In this document: piece by piece, positions 38,429-48,048 of the stretch
How the letters are laid out: each line of letters begins with the position of its first letter
Numbering within the stretch: position 1 is the stretch's first letter
From: an uncultured Bdellovibrionales bacterium
Lineage (GTDB): Bacteria; Patescibacteriota; Minisyncoccia; Moranbacterales; UBA1568
Assembly: GCA_964604195.1 (NCBI GenBank)
Contig: CAZRXW010000001.1
Coordinates: 2,358 to 66,357, forward strand
DNA: 64,000 nt
Direction of reading: 5' to 3'
Translations under genes and position numbers: made by a program
Notes under the pieces: model-generated
The model's input: the letters and a program-made list of their open reading frames with translations, nothing else
The model's database searches: none
What the model was told of the DNA's origin: nothing

Positions 38429-39670
38429 ATGAAAATTTCTGACCCACTTCGTATCGCTTATCGTTCTCTTCTGGCCGCTAAGACCAGATTCTTTTTGACG
38501 GTCCTTGGAGTAGTTATTGGAGTAGCTGCCGTCATTATGGTGATGGCTATCGGTGCCAGTGCTCAGGCACTAGTCCTCTCTCAGGTACAGAAAGTAGGGT
38601 CTAATCTGGTGGTGGTACTTCCCGGAGCTTCAGAAGAGAGTGGTCCACCAGCTCAAGCGCTCGGTATTGTAACCACGAGTTTTGTGTACGATGATGTCCG
38701 GGCTATTCGCGAAAAGCGCCATGTACCTCACCTGGTAGCTTTTTCTGGTTACGTAACAGGATCCGGAACTATTGAGTCGCGTTATGAATCATTTGAAACA
38801 AGCTTTCAAGGTGTATCGCCAAACATGATTGAGGTGGAGTCAATGAGGGTGACGGAAGGGAGATTCTTTTTCCCGGAGGAGGAGTCTGATCTTTCTCGTG
38901 TAGTAGTTCTTGGGGCGGTGCGAGCTAAAGAACTCTTCCCGCACGGAAGCCCTATTGGCGAAGTGGTAAAAATAAAAGACAATCCTTTCCGCGTGATTGG
39001 GGTTCTTGAAGAGCGTGGCAATGCTGCTTTTTCTAACCCTGATACATTGGTGTATGTACCACTCTTCACAGCTCAAAAAATTCTTCTTGGTATTAATTAT
39101 TTAAATTTTGGACGCGGTAAAGTGGATACTGCTGAAAATATAGAACGAACGAGAATGGATATCACAGCCCTTCTTCGGGACCGACATGATCTAGAGGAGG
39201 GTGAAGAGTCAGATTTTTCAGTTCGAAGTACGGCTATGGCTCTTTCTCTTCTGACCAATATTACTAATGTACTCAAATATTTTTTGATTGCTATTGCATC
39301 ACTTTCATTGGTAGTTGGTGGTATTGGAATTATGAATTCAATGCTTATTGCTGTGTCGCAGCGAGTGCGTGAGGTTGGTCTTCGTAAGGCAGTTGGAGCA
39401 CGTCCAGTACATATCCTTTTTCAATTTCTTATTGAGTCAGCCTTTATTACCGTTCTCGGTGGACTCCTAGGAATTATCTTGGGTGTAGCCATCGCTTTTA
39501 TTGCCGCTGTCATTATTCCAAGACTGGGGTATGCTTGGGAATTTCTCATTCCTCCGATATCAATTGTGATTGGCTTTAGCGTATCTTTTGTGATAGGAAT
39601 TAGCTTTGGGCTGTACCCTGCTCTTAAGGCATCAAAAGTTTCTCCTATGGAAGCGCTACGATATGAATAA
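38429..39670 (+). CDS. MacB/FtsX-family ABC permease
   Basis: LGVVIGV, VGGIGIMN, REVGLRKAVGA, PMEALRYE. Confidence 0.93.
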   Translation: MKISDPLRIAYRSLLAAKTRFFLTVLGVVIGVAAVIMVMAIGASAQALVLSQVQKVGSNLVVVLPGASEESGPPAQALGIVTTSFVYDDVRAIREKRHVPHLVAFSGYVTGSGTIESRYESFETSFQGVSPNMIEVESMRVTEGRFFFPEEESDLSRVVVLGAVRAKELFPHGSPIGEVVKIKDNPFRVIGVLEERGNAAFSNPDTLVYVPLFTAQKILLGINYLNFGRGKVDTAENIERTRMDITALLRDRHDLEEGEESDFSVRSTAMALSLLTNITNVLKYFLIAIASLSLVVGGIGIMNSMLIAVSQRVREVGLRKAVGARPVHILFQFLIESAFITVLGGLLGIILGVAIAFIAAVIIPRLGYAWEFLIPPISIVIGFSVSFVIGISFGLYPALKASKVSPMEALRYE

Positions 39671-40940
39671 ACTCTTACTGTTCTACAAAAGACTTACTTT
39701 AGGTTTTCGTCTTGCCTGGCGAACTATTGTTTTGCATCCAACAAGAACGATTCTCTCCCTTCTCGGTGTCATGATTGGAGTGCTTTCTGTTGTAGTGGTT
39801 ATGTTACTTGGGGAAGGAGTTAAGGACTTTATTCTCAAACAGGGAGAGAGCTTTGGTTCTAATATCATTCAAATTGAAGTTAAGGTGCCAACTACTGGAA
39901 AAATGTCGAGTGAAAATGCTACCTCTAGAGCCCAGGGGACGCAGATTACTACTTTAGTTACTGAGGATGGCGAAGCTATTCGAGAATTGCCAAATGTCGA
40001 AGTTTTATATCCGGGGACAATTGGCCAAGAGCGGGCTACGGTTGGTTCCGTCGGAAAGAGGATTCTTCTCTTCGGTACCGGGGCTGATGCACCGTTCGTG
40101 GATGAAAATATCCGATTATCAGAAGGGCGTTTTTTTACCGAGGAAGAGGATCGGAGTTTGGCCCGAGTAGTGGTTCTTGGCCAGGATATCAAGGAAACTT
40201 TCTTTGGCTCTGGTGAAGCGGTTGGGGAGTCTATTACTCTCAAGGGTGAAAAATACCGCGTGATTGGTGTTTTGGAATCTCGAGGAGCAGCAGGATTTAT
40301 TAACCTTGATACTTTTACGTATGTACCAGTAGAAACCCTTAAGAAAAAAATCCTTGGGGTTGATTATGTTCAAATGATCTCGGTAAAAATGACCGACCCA
40401 TCACTCGAAACATCGACAGTGGCTGATATTACTGCACTTTTGCGTAAACGGCATGATATTGATGACCCGAAAAAGGATGATTTTTCAGTAACATCTACTA
40501 AAGAAGCTCTGGAGGCTATTGAAGATGTCCTTGGTTCGGTATCTATTCTCTTACTGGCTCTTACCTCGATTTCTCTCTTGGTTGGCGGGGTGGGGATTAT
40601 GAATGTTATGTACGTTTCGGTGGCAGAGCGTGTCTCGGAGATCGGTCTCCGTAAAGCTTTAGGGGCAACAGAAATCGTTATTTTAACGCAGTTTCTTTTT
40701 GAGGCGCTCCTTATCACCTCTCTTGGTGGGATAGCGGGGATTACCTTGGGAATGCTTCTTTCTTGGGGGCTTTCAGCACTTTTTTCAGTTCTTGGCGTAG
40801 GTGTTACTCTGACCTTCACTCCTATGGCACTATTACTGGGAGCAGCATTTTCAATTTTGACGGGAGTTATCTTTGGTATCGCACCAGCCTATCGTGCTGC
40901 TCGCCTCTCTCCTATGGAGGCCCTGCGGAAGGGAGAGTAG
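39663..40940 (+). CDS. MacB/FtsX-family ABC permease (paralog)
   Basis: LGVMIGV, VGGVGIMN, EIGLRKALGA, PMEALR. Confidence 0.93.
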   Translation: MNKLLLFYKRLTLGFRLAWRTIVLHPTRTILSLLGVMIGVLSVVVVMLLGEGVKDFILKQGESFGSNIIQIEVKVPTTGKMSSENATSRAQGTQITTLVTEDGEAIRELPNVEVLYPGTIGQERATVGSVGKRILLFGTGADAPFVDENIRLSEGRFFTEEEDRSLARVVVLGQDIKETFFGSGEAVGESITLKGEKYRVIGVLESRGAAGFINLDTFTYVPVETLKKKILGVDYVQMISVKMTDPSLETSTVADITALLRKRHDIDDPKKDDFSVTSTKEALEAIEDVLGSVSILLLALTSISLLVGGVGIMNVMYVSVAERVSEIGLRKALGATEIVILTQFLFEALLITSLGGIAGITLGMLLSWGLSALFSVLGVGVTLTFTPMALLLGAAFSILTGVIFGIAPAYRAARLSPMEALRKGE

Positions 40941-40947
40941 ATGGTTT

Positions 40948-43056
40948 TTATTGGGCTGGATAATAAATACGTCTCAAGTCTTCGATAGTGGCTGGAGCGA
41001 AGTTGAGGTTGCCATCTTCCTTGGTATAAGAGAAAGTGGTGCCTCCAGCTACAATTCGTGTTTCAATATCGCTGGAGCGTTTCTTTTTTGCTTTTGTTTC
41101 AGAAATTTCCTTTCCTGTTTTCTTGTTGATATAGATTGTTTTAAATTCACCCACACTTGAAGTTTGTAAAGCATCAGGGGATTTATGAACATAGTCGGTA
41201 AAACCAGTTTCCGGATATTTCGACAGTAAGAAATCCATATATTCACGCCAGATAGGGGCCGCAACGTAGATGCCGTCCGATCCTGGTTTCATGGGAGTAT
41301 TGTTGTTGTTGCCTGTCCAAACACCAAGGGCAACTTTTGGAGTGTAGCCAATGGTCCAAGCGTCACGGAAATTCTGGGTAGTGCCAGTTTTGGCAGCCAC
41401 GACTGTTTCTTTTGGGAAAGCAAGTGGACTTCGTGGTCCAAAGGTTGGGGTGCGAGCAGTATTATCTGAAAGAATAGAGTTGATTTTTCGTGCTACCTCA
41501 ATATTGATAACCTCTTCTGGTGATGCCTTAAAATAGAGATCCTTTCCGTCGGTATCTCGTACAGACTGGATACCATCGATAGGTGTGCGGCGACCCTCTT
41601 GGCCGAAGACGCCAAAAGCTCCAGTTATGTCCACAAGGCGAACTTCAGCTCCACCCAGAACAAGAGCGAGACCATATCGAGCAGGATCAGTGAGAGTGGT
41701 AATGCCCATTTTAGTGGCGGTGTTAATAGTATCTTGGATACCCGCGAGGTAAAGTACCGATACTGCTGGGATGTTGAGCGATTGGGAAAGAGCTTCTCGC
41801 ATAGTCATGCGACCGCGGAATTTTCCATCATAATTTTCTGGTTTGTAATCATTTCCAGAGCCATCAGGTCCAAAGTTAATAGGAACATCGTAGATGGGAG
41901 TTTCTGGTTCAAAGCCTTCGGCGAAGGCTGTAGCATAGGCAAAAGGCTTGAAGGTTGATCCTGGCTGCCTTTTCTCAATGGCCACATTAACTTGTCCATC
42001 GATAGCGGTATCGAAGTAGTCTCGGCTTCCAACCATGGCTAGAACTTCACCCTTGGTGGGGTCGAGAGCGACAAGGGCAGCATTGCTAGCGTTTGCAGAC
42101 TTATTACGCTCAACTCCTTTTTTTACCACCTCCTCTGCCTTTGTTTGCAGTTCGAGATCGATGGTAGTGGTAATTTGGAGGCCATCAGCTTCTAGTCGTT
42201 CTCGACCATAGAGTGTCTCGAGTCTTTCTATAACGTAGAAGGTGAAGTGTGGTGCGACGATGCGTCGTTCGAGAGGGAGAATTTTTTCGAGCGTTTTTGT
42301 ATTGATAGCTTGCTCATATTCACTCTGTGAAATAAAATCGAGTTCGAGCATGCGAGCAAGGATATGATTCTTCTTTCGAATGAGTTCATCGGTATTTTTT
42401 CCGTAGGGAGAAAGTAAGGTGGGGGCATTGGGGAGAGCAGCTAGTATCGAACTTTCGTCAAGAGAGAGTTCTTGAGCTGGCTTTCCAAAGAAAGTCTGAG
42501 CAGCTGCTTCGATACCATAGGCATTGGAGCCATATGGCACAGCATTGAGATAAAGATCAAGAATTTCATCTTTGGAAAATTGGCGTTCTATTTTGATGGC
42601 GAGAATAGCCTCTCTTACTTTTCGTACCCAGGTTTTTTCTCGAGTTAAGAAGAGAGCTCGCGCGAGCTGTTGAGTAATAGTAGAGGCTCCCTGATCTATT
42701 TCTCCCTGGCGAAGATTGGCAATGCCAGCTCGTAAAATGGCAATTATATCAATGCCAGGATGAGAAAAGAAATGGGCGTCTTCGGCAGCTACAGTAGCAT
42801 AGCGAGCAGACTCTGGCATGGCTTCATGAGAAATGACACGGCGGTTTTCTTCTCCATGAATTTGATAGAGAATTGTCTTTCCAGTCCGATCGTAGATAAT
42901 CGAAGTTTCTTTGAGGGGATGTGCTGAGAGATTGAGTGAGTCAGCGGCGTCAAAGTAATAGATAGACAGTCCACCCATGGTAAGTCCAAGGGATAGTATA
43001 AGTACTAGCCAAGCACTTTGCCGGACGAGGAATTTAAGAGGAGAGAGAATGCTCAT
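40948..43056 (-). CDS. Class A penicillin-binding protein (PBP1A family)
   Basis: AEDAHF, QGASTITQQLA, RKVRE (transglycosylase); STFK, SLN, KTGT (transpeptidase). Confidence 0.95.
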   Translation of the reverse strand: MSILSPLKFLVRQSAWLVLILSLGLTMGGLSIYYFDAADSLNLSAHPLKETSIIYDRTGKTILYQIHGEENRRVISHEAMPESARYATVAAEDAHFFSHPGIDIIAILRAGIANLRQGEIDQGASTITQQLARALFLTREKTWVRKVREAILAIKIERQFSKDEILDLYLNAVPYGSNAYGIEAAAQTFFGKPAQELSLDESSILAALPNAPTLLSPYGKNTDELIRKKNHILARMLELDFISQSEYEQAINTKTLEKILPLERRIVAPHFTFYVIERLETLYGRERLEADGLQITTTIDLELQTKAEEVVKKGVERNKSANASNAALVALDPTKGEVLAMVGSRDYFDTAIDGQVNVAIEKRQPGSTFKPFAYATAFAEGFEPETPIYDVPINFGPDGSGNDYKPENYDGKFRGRMTMREALSQSLNIPAVSVLYLAGIQDTINTATKMGITTLTDPARYGLALVLGGAEVRLVDITGAFGVFGQEGRRTPIDGIQSVRDTDGKDLYFKASPEEVINIEVARKINSILSDNTARTPTFGPRSPLAFPKETVVAAKTGTTQNFRDAWTIGYTPKVALGVWTGNNNNTPMKPGSDGIYVAAPIWREYMDFLLSKYPETGFTDYVHKSPDALQTSSVGEFKTIYINKKTGKEISETKAKKKRSSDIETRIVAGGTTFSYTKEDGNLNFAPATIEDLRRIYYPAQ

Positions 43057-43206
43057 ATTCTATAGTGTAGCGTATCTTCGAAGATCACGCGTTTTTCATC
43101 TTTTGTCAATGGTTGATTTCCCATGTAATCTAAAGAGGAAGGGTGGAGGAATTATGATCTAGAGTTTGAGGGGCCACCGAGTGCTCCCGCTCTGTACTTT
43201 TACTTT

Positions 43207-43728
43207 ATGCAATTACCAGTTAATAAATTATTGTACCGTATTCTTACCTGGGTAGGCGTTTCTACTGCCTGGGAAGTATCGGTGGGGGCAGTGCTCTATC
43301 GGGATGCTCGATCAGGTAACCGAGAGTATCTTTTGCTCCAGTATCCGAGTGGTCATTTTGACTTTGCCAAAGGTCATGTCGAGGAAGGGGAAAGTGAAAT
43401 CGAGACTCTTCGTCGCGAAACCGAGGAAGAAACAGGACTTTCTCAGGTGGACGTCCGAGAGACTTCAAGGATGAGTATCCGTTATTTCTATGTTGCCAAA
43501 GGGAGTGAGCGAGAGAAACGATTGAAGACAGGGCGTGGTCTCTGGATTTTCAAAGAAGTCCATTTTTATCCGGCTAAGGTTGTAGGAGAAGCTGTGGTTA
43601 CTCTCTCTCATGAGCATATTGGCTATGTGTGGCTTCTCTATGCTGAAGCAGTAGAAAAAGCCACCTTTGAAAATGCCAAGCATCTCATTGTTGAAACAGA
43701 AAAAATTATCAGCTTGGCCGAGTGGTAG
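43207..43728 (+). CDS. NUDIX hydrolase (Ap4A hydrolase-like)
   Basis: FAKGHVEEGE..RETEEETG, LSHEH. Confidence 0.88.
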   Translation: MQLPVNKLLYRILTWVGVSTAWEVSVGAVLYRDARSGNREYLLLQYPSGHFDFAKGHVEEGESEIETLRRETEEETGLSQVDVRETSRMSIRYFYVAKGSEREKRLKTGRGLWIFKEVHFYPAKVVGEAVVTLSHEHIGYVWLLYAEAVEKATFENAKHLIVETEKIISLAEW

Positions 43729-43814
43729 GAGAGTAAGTCCTTCTCAGATTATCTTCCACTGGTATTGATTTTTTTTAATAAATCTTGTAGAATTTTTGTT
43801 CGATTATCTTAAGT

Positions 43815-45500
43815 ATGCTTACTGTCACTAAACTCCGAAAAAGTTTTGGTTCCAAGCGTCTTTTCTGGAACGCTGGTTTTTCGGTGAGCCGAGGGCAAAG
43901 GGTGGCTCTCATCGGCCCTAATGGAAGCGGGAAATCTACCCTTCTCAAAATGCTATCTGGCCTTGAACCACTCGATCGCGGGGAAATTCAGCTGGCCAAA
44001 GGCGCTCTTGTGGGGTATTTGGCTCAAGAAACGATTGCTGAGGGAAAAGAAACAACGCTCGAATTTCTTCGCAAAGCAGCTGGTCTTGGTGAGCTCGAGC
44101 AGGAAATGAAAATGCTGGAATCTCAATTGGAAGAAGAGAAAAGCCTTATGCGCTACGAGGTACTCCAAGAGACCTATCGGAAGCTTGGGGGATATAACTT
44201 TTTGGAGAGAGCAGCCTCTCTTCTAAGTGGGCTAGCGCTTCCAACTGAATTGCTTGAGCGACCTTTGATGACGCTCTCTGGCGGCGAGAAGAGAAAGGTC
44301 GCCCTTTCGGGTGTATTGCTCAGGGGGGTAGATCTCTTGCTTCTTGATGAACCTACCAATAACCTTGATCTTGCAGCGCTTCTTTGGCTTGAGGCCTATC
44401 TGAAAAAGTTTTCTGGAGCACTTATCGTTGCTTCGCACGACCGAGCCTTTCTTGATCGGACTGTGGAAAAGGTATTGGATATTGATACCGAGAAACATGT
44501 GCTTATCATGCAGAAAGGAAATTGGTCAACGGCAGCGGAAGTACGAGCTCACACACACAGGCGAGCCAAAGAAAAATATCGAGAGCAAGAGACAGAGAAA
44601 GAGCGCTTAGATGCTTCGTCTCAGGAAAAATTGATTTGGGTTGAGCGAACAAAGAAAAAGCGTGGACCGGATCGTGACAAACGTACTTCTAACTACAAAA
44701 AGGAGCGGGCGATTAAAAAATTTACCGGCTCATCTAAAGCCCTCTCAGCAAGACGAGATCGTCTTACACAGTATGAGAAGCCCTTTGAACGAACCCCGCT
44801 CGCTTTTTCTCTTTCTCGAGATGCGAAACTGAGACCGCCCACGATCACTCTTGCCAGAGTTTCCTTGGGTTACGAGAAAAAGAAACCTATAGCAACCGGA
44901 GTAAGTCTTCGCATCCCTTACGGTCGGCGCGTACAGTTCTTGGGTATGAATGGGTCAGGAAAAACTACCCTTATAAAAACCATCCTCGGTGAATGTAAAC
45001 CGCTCATTGGCCGAGTAACGGTAGGGAAAAGTGCTCTTTTTGGAGATCTTATGCAAGAACATCATCTCCTACCTCTCAATCTTACCCCGCTTCAGTATTT
45101 CTCTAAAAAACTCCATATTTTTGATGAACAGGCAATTCTCCTCCTCCTGGCCCGTTTTCAGTTTTCTCCTCAGGTAGCCAAAGAAAAAATTGCTTGGCTC
45201 AGTCCAGGAGAGAGAGTTCGTTTTATCTTAGCCACACTAGCTGCTCGTGGAGCGAATATTTTGATTCTTGATGAGCCAACTAACCATCTTGATGTAGAGG
45301 CTATTGAGGCTCTTGAAGAAGCACTTACTGAGTATCGGGGCACTCTTATTTTGGTGACGCATGACGAGGCTTTTCTCTCAAGGATGGAAATAGACGAGTA
45401 CTACCTCTTAGAGTCAGGGAAGGTATTGTCTGTAGATAGCTTTGAAGCCTATCGAGATCAGGCTCTGAAAGAGGCAAAGCGCAAGGTGAAGCGGCTCTAG
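43815..45500 (+). CDS. ABC-F family ATPase
   Basis: Two NBDs (GPNGSGKS, GMNGSGKT), LSGGE/LSPGE, DEPTN twice, no TM segments. Confidence 0.93.
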   Translation: MLTVTKLRKSFGSKRLFWNAGFSVSRGQRVALIGPNGSGKSTLLKMLSGLEPLDRGEIQLAKGALVGYLAQETIAEGKETTLEFLRKAAGLGELEQEMKMLESQLEEEKSLMRYEVLQETYRKLGGYNFLERAASLLSGLALPTELLERPLMTLSGGEKRKVALSGVLLRGVDLLLLDEPTNNLDLAALLWLEAYLKKFSGALIVASHDRAFLDRTVEKVLDIDTEKHVLIMQKGNWSTAAEVRAHTHRRAKEKYREQETEKERLDASSQEKLIWVERTKKKRGPDRDKRTSNYKKERAIKKFTGSSKALSARRDRLTQYEKPFERTPLAFSLSRDAKLRPPTITLARVSLGYEKKKPIATGVSLRIPYGRRVQFLGMNGSGKTTLIKTILGECKPLIGRVTVGKSALFGDLMQEHHLLPLNLTPLQYFSKKLHIFDEQAILLLLARFQFSPQVAKEKIAWLSPGERVRFILATLAARGANILILDEPTNHLDVEAIEALEEALTEYRGTLILVTHDEAFLSRMEIDEYYLLESGKVLSVDSFEAYRDQALKEAKRKVKRL

Positions 45501-45587
45501 TTTTCTCTTTGGGGCGGATTTTTGGTTACCTTGAGTCTCAGGCGAAATTCCGGTACTATGACAGATGCCCTCTTGAGAGGGGGTTTT

Positions 45588-46673
45588 ATGACGGTATCCT
45601 GGCACACTTTTTTGAAACAACTGGAAGGTCGTTTTTTTGGTCACCTGACGCAAGACATTGGGGTGGATTTAGGTACGGCTAATACTCTCGTGTACGTTAA
45701 GGGGAGGGGTATTGTGATCAATGAACCATCAGTGGTGGCTGTAAATACCAGAACGGGGCAAATCTTGGCTATTGGTCGAGAGGCAAAAAAAATGGTTGGT
45801 AAGACTCCCGGGCATATTGTCGCCACGAGACCACTCGTCGATGGTGTGGTTTCTGATTTTGAAATTACGCAACAGATGCTTCGTTATTTTATTGCCAAAG
45901 TAACTGAAGGGAGTTTTAAATTTCTGCGCCGACCGAGAGTGCTTATCGGAATCCCATCTGGAGTAACTGAGGTAGAAAAACGAGCTGTGATTGAAGCGGC
46001 GATGAATGCTGGAGCCCGTCAGGCTTTCCTTATTGATGAACCGATGGCAGCCGCTATCGGTGGAAGACTCCCAGTAATAGATGCGGCAGGAAATATGGTG
46101 GTGGATATTGGGGGCGGGACAACGGAGATTGCTGTTATATCATTGGGAGGGGTGGTAATTGCCCGAAGTCTTCGCATTGCTGGTGATGAAATGAATGAAG
46201 ACATTGTTCGTTATTGTCGAGACGAATTCAATCTTTTGGTAGGTGAGCGAACTGCGGAAGATGTCAAAATATCTATTGGGAGTGCCTATCCCCTCAAAGA
46301 AGAACTTCGTTATGCTGTGCGTGGCCGCGATCTTGTCTCTGGCCTTCCAAAGGAAGTCTTGCTTACTGACACTCATGTTCGAGAAGCGCTTTCTCGCTCT
46401 ATTCGTATTGTTGTCAATAATGTAAAGACTGTAATAGAAGAGACCCCGCCAGAACTTCTCTCGGATGTGATGCAGCGAGGGATTGTTCTTTCTGGTGGAG
46501 GGAGCTTGATTCGTGGTTTGGATAAACTCTTGGCTAACCAAACCGGTATCCCAGTGAGAACTATCGATGACCCCCTGACGGCAGTGGTGCGGGGAACTGG
46601 CATAGTACTTGACGATATGGAAACTCTGAAAGAAGTTCTTATTGAGGATGAACAAGGGAAACCTCTCATGTAG
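45588..46673 (+). CDS. mreB: Rod shape-determining protein MreB
   Basis: DLGTANT, EPSVVA, EPMAAAIG, DIGGGTT, TPPEL. Confidence 0.97.
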   Translation: MTVSWHTFLKQLEGRFFGHLTQDIGVDLGTANTLVYVKGRGIVINEPSVVAVNTRTGQILAIGREAKKMVGKTPGHIVATRPLVDGVVSDFEITQQMLRYFIAKVTEGSFKFLRRPRVLIGIPSGVTEVEKRAVIEAAMNAGARQAFLIDEPMAAAIGGRLPVIDAAGNMVVDIGGGTTEIAVISLGGVVIARSLRIAGDEMNEDIVRYCRDEFNLLVGERTAEDVKISIGSAYPLKEELRYAVRGRDLVSGLPKEVLLTDTHVREALSRSIRIVVNNVKTVIEETPPELLSDVMQRGIVLSGGGSLIRGLDKLLANQTGIPVRTIDDPLTAVVRGTGIVLDDMETLKEVLIEDEQGKPLM

Positions 46674-46712
46674 AGGGGATAATTTTGGTAATCGAGTGAT
46701 ACAGAAATTTTT

Positions 46713-47522
46713 ATGCGTGATTCTCATTCACCATATAAACAGAAACTTACTGCTTTTGTGGTGATTGGAATTTTGCTGAGCTCGGTGTTTTTTCTTCCAT
46801 CAAGATTCTTGGTACCGGTGCAGCAGGTAGTGGTTACTCTTACGCTTCCTTTTCAGAATTTATTTTCTTGGACTGCCTTTGAGCTTCGCGAGTGGGGGAC
46901 TTTCTGGGGGTCAATTCAAAAACTGAAAGAGGAAAATGAAAAACTTCATAAGGACGTGCTTAGTCTCAAGATAGGAGCAGCAGATCGCATCCGTCTCGAA
47001 GAGGAAAATACTGCTTTGCGTCAAGAACTCAATCTTCCTCAGCAGTCACAGCAGAAGTTGGTGGCAGCCGAGGTCATCGGACGTGATCAGAATGGTTCCT
47101 CGGTGTTTCTTCGGATTAATCGTGGTCAGCAACAGGGTGTCAAAATGGGAATGCCAGTAGTGGTGCAAGGCAATATTCTTGTGGGACGAATTGAGACAGC
47201 TGGACCTTTTTCTTCCGAGGTTCGTCTCCTTTCACATCCAGAGAGTTTGATAGCAGCTCGTGTCGAGGGTGCCAAGACAGAGGCAGTAGTCAAAGGTGAT
47301 CATGGCACTGGACTTTTACTTGATCTCGCTCGTCCAAATGAAAAAATCGAGACAGGAGCGACAGTGATGACGGCTGGTATGAGTGATGGATTGCCGGGTG
47401 GCCTTTTGATCGGAACGGTTGAAACAGTGCAGCTTTCAGGTGATCAGTTATTTCAGCAGGCTGTCATTATTCCGCCGGTGCGAGCAGATCTTTTACGTTT
47501 CCTGAGTATTATTATTGAGTAG
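46713..47522 (+). CDS. mreC: Rod shape-determining protein MreC
   Basis: TM plus coiled coil, AEVIGR, INRG..GV, TAG..LP.GL.IG. Confidence 0.9.
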   Translation: MRDSHSPYKQKLTAFVVIGILLSSVFFLPSRFLVPVQQVVVTLTLPFQNLFSWTAFELREWGTFWGSIQKLKEENEKLHKDVLSLKIGAADRIRLEEENTALRQELNLPQQSQQKLVAAEVIGRDQNGSSVFLRINRGQQQGVKMGMPVVVQGNILVGRIETAGPFSSEVRLLSHPESLIAARVEGAKTEAVVKGDHGTGLLLDLARPNEKIETGATVMTAGMSDGLPGGLLIGTVETVQLSGDQLFQQAVIIPPVRADLLRFLSIIIE

Positions 47523-47539
47523 TAGCCTGATAATTATTT

Positions 47540-48034
47540 ATGCGTTTTTTCGGCTGGTTTGGTTCACTGACACTTTTTTGGATTTTGATGGAGCTCTCTT
47601 TCTTTGAGATGCTTTTTCCAACAGTCAAAGCGCCACTTATCCTGATAGCCTTGGTGTTGGCACTTTCGGTTATGTTAGAGCAGAGAATTGCTTTTTGGTG
47701 GGCTATTGGGGCGGTCTCACTTTTTGATATCCTTCGTTCTGGTGGATTGACTTTGCTTGCACCCTTTTTTACTTGTGTGGCCTATGGTGCATATTTTCTT
47801 TCTCAAAGACTTCTCTTTGCTCGTGAACATACGAATCGTTTTCTTCTCTCACTACTTGTAGTTGGAATAACCGTTGTCTACGAGACAGTGTTTCCATTGT
47901 TTTCATGGCCGAGTTTCATTGATCTCATTCTTGTGGTCCCGATCTGGTTTGTGGTTTCATGGTCTGTCGAGAGGCTCCAAACCTGGGTTATAGCAACATC
48001 GTTTTCTGAATTTAGAGGCATGCGTCATTCGTAA
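47540..48034 (+). CDS. MreD-like membrane protein
   Basis: Hydrophobic 164 aa between mreC and mrdA; assignment mainly by synteny. Confidence 0.6.
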   Translation: MRFFGWFGSLTLFWILMELSFFEMLFPTVKAPLILIALVLALSVMLEQRIAFWWAIGAVSLFDILRSGGLTLLAPFFTCVAYGAYFLSQRLLFAREHTNRFLLSLLVVGITVVYETVFPLFSWPSFIDLILVVPIWFVVSWSVERLQTWVIATSFSEFRGMRHS

Positions 48035-48048
48035 ATTACCACTCTTGT